NCBI GenBank assembly: GCA_965541615.1
Contig: CBEUCJ010000002.1
Coordinates: forward strand, 159,795 to 223,794
DNA: 64,000 nucleotides
Source: an uncultured bacterium
GTDB taxonomy: Bacteria > Omnitrophota > Gorgyraeia > Duberdicusellales > CBEUCJ01
Direction of reading: 5' to 3'
The translations under genes and the position numbers were made by a program. This document shows, piece after piece, positions 60,187-64,000 of this stretch. Each line of letters begins with the position of its first letter. The first letter of the stretch is position 1. The notes beneath the pieces are model-generated. The model was not told the DNA's origin. It searched no databases and worked only from the letters and a program-made list of their open reading frames with translations.

Positions 60187-61059
60187 TTATCTAAAATGTT
60201 CTCTTAAAGCTTCTCCAATAAAGTTTACTGCTAAAACTGTCAAGAATATAAACAATCCTGGAAAAAAAGTAACCCAAGGAGCAATACTCATAGCTTGCTT
60301 TGCTTCTATTAATATATTTCCCCAAGAAGGAATTGGAGGTTGGACTCCTAATCCTAAAAAGCTTAAAGCACTCTCAACTAAAATTGCTGTACCTACTCCT
60401 AAAGTGCCTGAGACTACAACTGGTCCTAAAGCATTAGGAATCAAATGCTTCAAAATTATCCTTTTATTAGAAATCCCTAATGATTTCAAAAAGAATATAA
60501 AATCTTGTTCCTTCAGACTCAAGATCTGAGCTCTGATTAATCTGGCTGGTCCCATCCAAGAAGTTAAGCCTATTATAACCATTATCAAGAATAAAGAAGG
60601 TTTTTCAAATAGAGCTATCAAAGCTAAAATTAAAAAAATTGTAGGAAAACACAGCATAATATCTATGAACCTTGAAATAAGAGTATCTATTAAACCTCCA
60701 TAAAAACCTGCCAGACTCCCTAAAATTACTCCAATTACCAAAGCTATCCCCACAGCAATAAATCCTACACTTAAAGATATTCTGCCTCCATAAAGGATCC
60801 TTGAAAGTAAATCTCTTCCTAAGGAATCAGTTCCAAAGGGGTGTTCTAAAGAAGGGGGAGAAAAAATCAAATCTTCATTTATTTTAAAAGGATCATAAGG
60901 AGCTAAAATAGGAGCTAAATAACACAAAATCACCATAGATAAAAACATTAAGAATCCTGCTCTTCCAAATCTATGGCTGAGTATTTTCTTTAAAAGTTCC
61001 ATTTTATTTAAACTTTGGGTTTTTGATATTTTATTCTGGGGTCTACGAGAGCATAGCAA
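60187..61059 (-). CDS. oppC: ABC transporter permease (OppC/DppC)
   Basis: 290 aa; 6 TM; EAA-like loop. Confidence 0.8.
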   Translation of the reverse strand: MLCSRRPQNKISKTQSLNKMELLKKILSHRFGRAGFLMFLSMVILCYLAPILAPYDPFKINEDLIFSPPSLEHPFGTDSLGRDLLSRILYGGRISLSVGFIAVGIALVIGVILGSLAGFYGGLIDTLISRFIDIMLCFPTIFLILALIALFEKPSLFLIMVIIGLTSWMGPARLIRAQILSLKEQDFIFFLKSLGISNKRIILKHLIPNALGPVVVSGTLGVGTAILVESALSFLGLGVQPPIPSWGNILIEAKQAMSIAPWVTFFPGLFIFLTVLAVNFIGEALREHFR

Positions 61060-61991
61060 ATATCAGCTATTAAGTTTCCTAAAAAAGTCAAAATAGCTCC
61101 TATAGTTAATAATCCCATAATTAAAAAATAATCCCTCATCATAACTGCTTCATAAAATAACTTTCCCATTCCAGGAATTGAGAATATACTCTCGAAAATA
61201 ACACTCCCTCCTAATAAACCTGGAATAGACAATCCTATTAAAGTTATAATAGGTAAAAGTGCATTTTTTAAGATATGAGAAAATAATAACCTCTTCTTAG
61301 GTAAACCCTTTGCTTTTAGAGCTATAACAAATTCTTTATTTAAAACTTCTATTAAACTCTGCCTAAAGTATCTGGTTATACCTGCCAGAGCTCCAAAGCA
61401 GGTCACTAATACTGGCAAACTTATATGCCATAAAAAATCTTTAATCTTGCCTAAAAAACTCAAAGCTTCATAGTTTAAAGAATGGACTCCTGAAACAGGA
61501 AATATTTGCAACCTTACACAAAAAAACTGTATACATAACAGAGCAAACCAAAAAGAAGGCACTGAATACCCTATAAAGACCAAAACAGTAGTAAAATTAT
61601 CAAAAAACTTACCTCTCTTTAAAGCTCCTACTATTCCAATGAATCCACCTATTAAAAATATCAAAATTATAGCTATTAGATTTATAATTAGAGTGATACC
61701 TGCTCTTTCTTTTATCTTTTCTATAACTGGTCTGTTATCTGAAATTGAAACTCCAAAATCAAAAGTTAAAACCTTTTTTAACCATAAAAGATATTGAATA
61801 AGTAAAGGCTTATCTAATCCATAGATTTTTTTTATCTTCTCATAAAAATCCAATGAAGTCTTTACATTCAGATCTGCACCTGGAATTGTAGGTTTACCAG
61901 GGACCAGATGAATCAATATAAAGACTATTAAGGTTATCCCTAAAAAAGTAGGAATAAACTGTAATAGCCTTTTTAAAATGTAAGAGATCAC
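61008..61991 (-). CDS. oppB: ABC transporter permease (OppB/DppB)
   Basis: 327 aa; 6 TM. Confidence 0.8.
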   Translation of the reverse strand: MISYILKRLLQFIPTFLGITLIVFILIHLVPGKPTIPGADLNVKTSLDFYEKIKKIYGLDKPLLIQYLLWLKKVLTFDFGVSISDNRPVIEKIKERAGITLIINLIAIILIFLIGGFIGIVGALKRGKFFDNFTTVLVFIGYSVPSFWFALLCIQFFCVRLQIFPVSGVHSLNYEALSFLGKIKDFLWHISLPVLVTCFGALAGITRYFRQSLIEVLNKEFVIALKAKGLPKKRLLFSHILKNALLPIITLIGLSIPGLLGGSVIFESIFSIPGMGKLFYEAVMMRDYFLIMGLLTIGAILTFLGNLIADICYALVDPRIKYQKPKV

Positions 61992-63589
61992 TCTTTAATG
62001 ACTAATTTGTATCTTTGCTCTTTTAAAGGAACATACCACTCTTCAAAATTATAAAAGATCCCAGATTTTGTTAACTTTACATTTCTAAATCTTTTATGAA
62101 GAGCAAATAAACTTTGGGGTACATATAAGAACATGTAAGGTTGATCTTCATAGATAATCTTTTGAACTTTCTGGTAAATTTTTTTTCTTATTTTGACATC
62201 AAATATTTGTCTTGCTTTTTCTAACAACTTATCTACAAGTTTATTTTTATACCCTACAAAGTTAAATTCTCCTTCTCTTGTCTTTGAAGAATGAAAGATA
62301 TCATAGATATCAGGTTCAGGGCTCAAACCCCATCCTAATAAGACTGCTTCAAATTTTCTTTTATTTATAAACTCATTTATAAACACAGACCATTCTACAA
62401 CTTTTATATCTACTTTTATGCCTATCTTTTCTAAATCATATTTTATTAATTCTGCTGTTTTTTGTCTTTCTAAGTTACCTTGATTAGTAATTATTGTGAA
62501 CTTAAATTCTTTACCATCTTTTTCTAAGATTCCGTCAGAATCTGCATCCTGCCATCCACATTCTTTTAAAATCTTTTTTGCTCTTTCAGGATCATAAGGA
62601 GCAGGTTTAATCTTGGGATTAAAAGCCCATTGGGAAGGGACAAAAGGACCAGTACAGATTATGCCTTTACCTAATAATACTGTCTTTATTATCCTTTTTT
62701 TGTTTACAGCTAAATTTAAAGCTCTTCTTACTCTTTTATCTTTAAACAAAGGATTTCTTAAATTATAACCTAAGTAAACATATCCTAAAGATGGCTTTTC
62801 AAATTTTCTAAAGTTTTTTTTAAATATAGAAGACTTTGTATGGTAAATATATTGAAGAGGTGTTAAACCTGCAAAATCTATATTTTGAGTAATTAATTCT
62901 AAAAAAAGAGTAGCAGTATCTCCTATTACTTTAAAGACTACATACTCTATGTAAGGAGGTTTTTTAAAATAATCAGAATTCCTTTTTAATATTATTTTTT
63001 CTTGAGTCTTCCATAAACAGAATTTATAAGGACCTGTACCTACAGGTCTTCTTTTAAAATCTGATTCTAAAAGATTCTTCCCTTTTAATAAATGAGCAGG
63101 TATTATTCCCATAGTCCAAGAACTCAAAGCAGGAGAAAATGGTTTTTTATAATAGACTTTTACAGTGTATTTATCAGGTGTCTCAATCTTTTCAATTAAT
63201 TCATAATCTCCACTGTAAGGAGAAGGAACTTGAGGTGAAACTAACATCTTATAAGTGAACAATACATCTTCAGAGGTGAATTCTTTACCATCATGCCATT
63301 TTACTCCTTTTTTTAAATGAAAAGTTATTACTTTTTTATCTTTTGAAACTTCAAAACTCTCAGCTAAATCTGGGACCAAATTTAAATCTTTATCATACTT
63401 TAATAGACCATTGAATATAAAATCACAGACTTGTGCAGAAGCTGAATCTGAAGCTAATATTGGAACTAAAACACGCGCATCAGCTATACTTCCAGTAACA
63501 AAAGCATCTCCTTTATCTTGAGCAAAACTTAAAAAATTTTTAAGGAAAAATAAAAAAATAAATAGGGCTATCTTTTTATTTTTTCTCAC
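61988..63589 (-). CDS. oppA: ABC transporter substrate-binding protein, family 5 (OppA/DppA)
   Basis: 533 aa; signal peptide, SBP_bac_5 architecture. Confidence 0.8.
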   Translation of the reverse strand: MRKNKKIALFIFLFFLKNFLSFAQDKGDAFVTGSIADARVLVPILASDSASAQVCDFIFNGLLKYDKDLNLVPDLAESFEVSKDKKVITFHLKKGVKWHDGKEFTSEDVLFTYKMLVSPQVPSPYSGDYELIEKIETPDKYTVKVYYKKPFSPALSSWTMGIIPAHLLKGKNLLESDFKRRPVGTGPYKFCLWKTQEKIILKRNSDYFKKPPYIEYVVFKVIGDTATLFLELITQNIDFAGLTPLQYIYHTKSSIFKKNFRKFEKPSLGYVYLGYNLRNPLFKDKRVRRALNLAVNKKRIIKTVLLGKGIICTGPFVPSQWAFNPKIKPAPYDPERAKKILKECGWQDADSDGILEKDGKEFKFTIITNQGNLERQKTAELIKYDLEKIGIKVDIKVVEWSVFINEFINKRKFEAVLLGWGLSPEPDIYDIFHSSKTREGEFNFVGYKNKLVDKLLEKARQIFDVKIRKKIYQKVQKIIYEDQPYMFLYVPQSLFALHKRFRNVKLTKSGIFYNFEEWYVPLKEQRYKLVIKE

Positions 63590-63863
63590 TCTGAGTCTTT
63601 GAGGGCTGAACTTTTGCAGGAATTTTTTCTATGACGGACTTTACTTTTTTCTTAGAAAGAAGATTTAAACTCAAACTCGTTATGAAAAAAATAGAAGCTA
63701 AAATCGCTGTAAGTCTAACAAAAAAAGAACTAGTCTTAGTCCCAAATATGGTTTCAGCTCCTCCCAGACTTTCTATTAAACCTCCTCCTCTTCCTTGTTG
63801 AATTAAGATAACCACTATCAATAGAATAGCTACTATTATATGTAAAGTAAACAGAATACCCAT
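63576..63863 (-). CDS. secG: preprotein translocase subunit SecG
   Basis: 95 aa; MGILFTLHIIVAILLIVVILIQQGRGGGL. Confidence 0.8.
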   Translation of the reverse strand: MGILFTLHIIVAILLIVVILIQQGRGGGLIESLGGAETIFGTKTSSFFVRLTAILASIFFITSLSLNLLSKKKVKSVIEKIPAKVQPSKTQSEKK

Positions 63864-63869
63864 TTTTAT

Positions 63870-64000
63870 TTAAATTATTGAGTTTTTAATTATCTTTACA
63901 AAGGAATCAGATTTCAAAGAAGCTCCTCCTACCAATCCTCCATCTACATCTTTTTGTGAGACTAAATCTCTTATATTTTCAGGCTTAATACTTCCTCCAT
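63870..64000 (-). CDS. tpiA: triosephosphate isomerase, 3' end (gene runs off window end)
   Basis: Minus-strand frame ...[42 protein letters not shown]; canonical TIM C-terminus; tpiA-secG order is conserved. Confidence 0.6.
   Translation of the reverse strand, partial: GGSIKPENIRDLVSQKDVDGGLVGGASLKSDSFVKIIKNSII

Overview
AT-rich bacterial chromosomal window of roughly 30% GC; the anaerobe-type genes (rubrerythrin, ferredoxin, PflX radical SAM) suggest an anaerobic, probably thermophilic, diderm organism. I do not name a taxon. Bases 1-13.3 kb are a housekeeping block on the + strand: M20 peptidase (partial), GNAT, valS, nadC, uvrB, birA, coaX, groES/groEL with a sigma70 promoter plus CIRCE operator, two PilZ genes flanking a small zinc-ribbon ORF, and a SagB-type dehydrogenase / DUF4416 / PflX-like radical SAM trio. 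Bases 13.3-28 kb are minus-strand accessory/metabolic genes: a secreted GH clan-A hydrolase, a methyltransferase, a ferredoxin, a PabB-PabC fusion, an ECF sigma / anti-sigma / VIT-vWA / OMP cluster, a nitroreductase, a GroES-like paralog, a CHASE2-HD-GYP protein, a prepilin-like protein and an archaemetzincin. Bases 28-57 kb look like a defense island undergoing gene decay. It contains a complete type III-A CRISPR-Cas locus (cas6-cas10-csm2-csm3-csm4-csm5-csm6/csx1-cas1-cas2, then a 19-repeat array with 37-nt repeats transcribed on the minus strand). It also holds relics of a second CRISPR-Cas system: a truncated cas1 whose N-terminus resembles type I-B Cas1, and an orphan cas6. Toxin-antitoxin modules are interleaved: VapBC, a frameshifted AbiEi/AbiEii pair, an intact MntA/HepT pair and a degenerate one, and two further AbiEii/MenT-like nucleotidyltransferases that bracket thrC. 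A macro-domain gene and a split RsmF-like methyltransferase sit in the same minus-strand gene string. Bases 58-64 kb carry oppABCDF, secG and a partial tpiA. I found no transposase, integrase, tRNA or rRNA. All functional calls are from motif recognition in the translated ORFs; no database searches were run.
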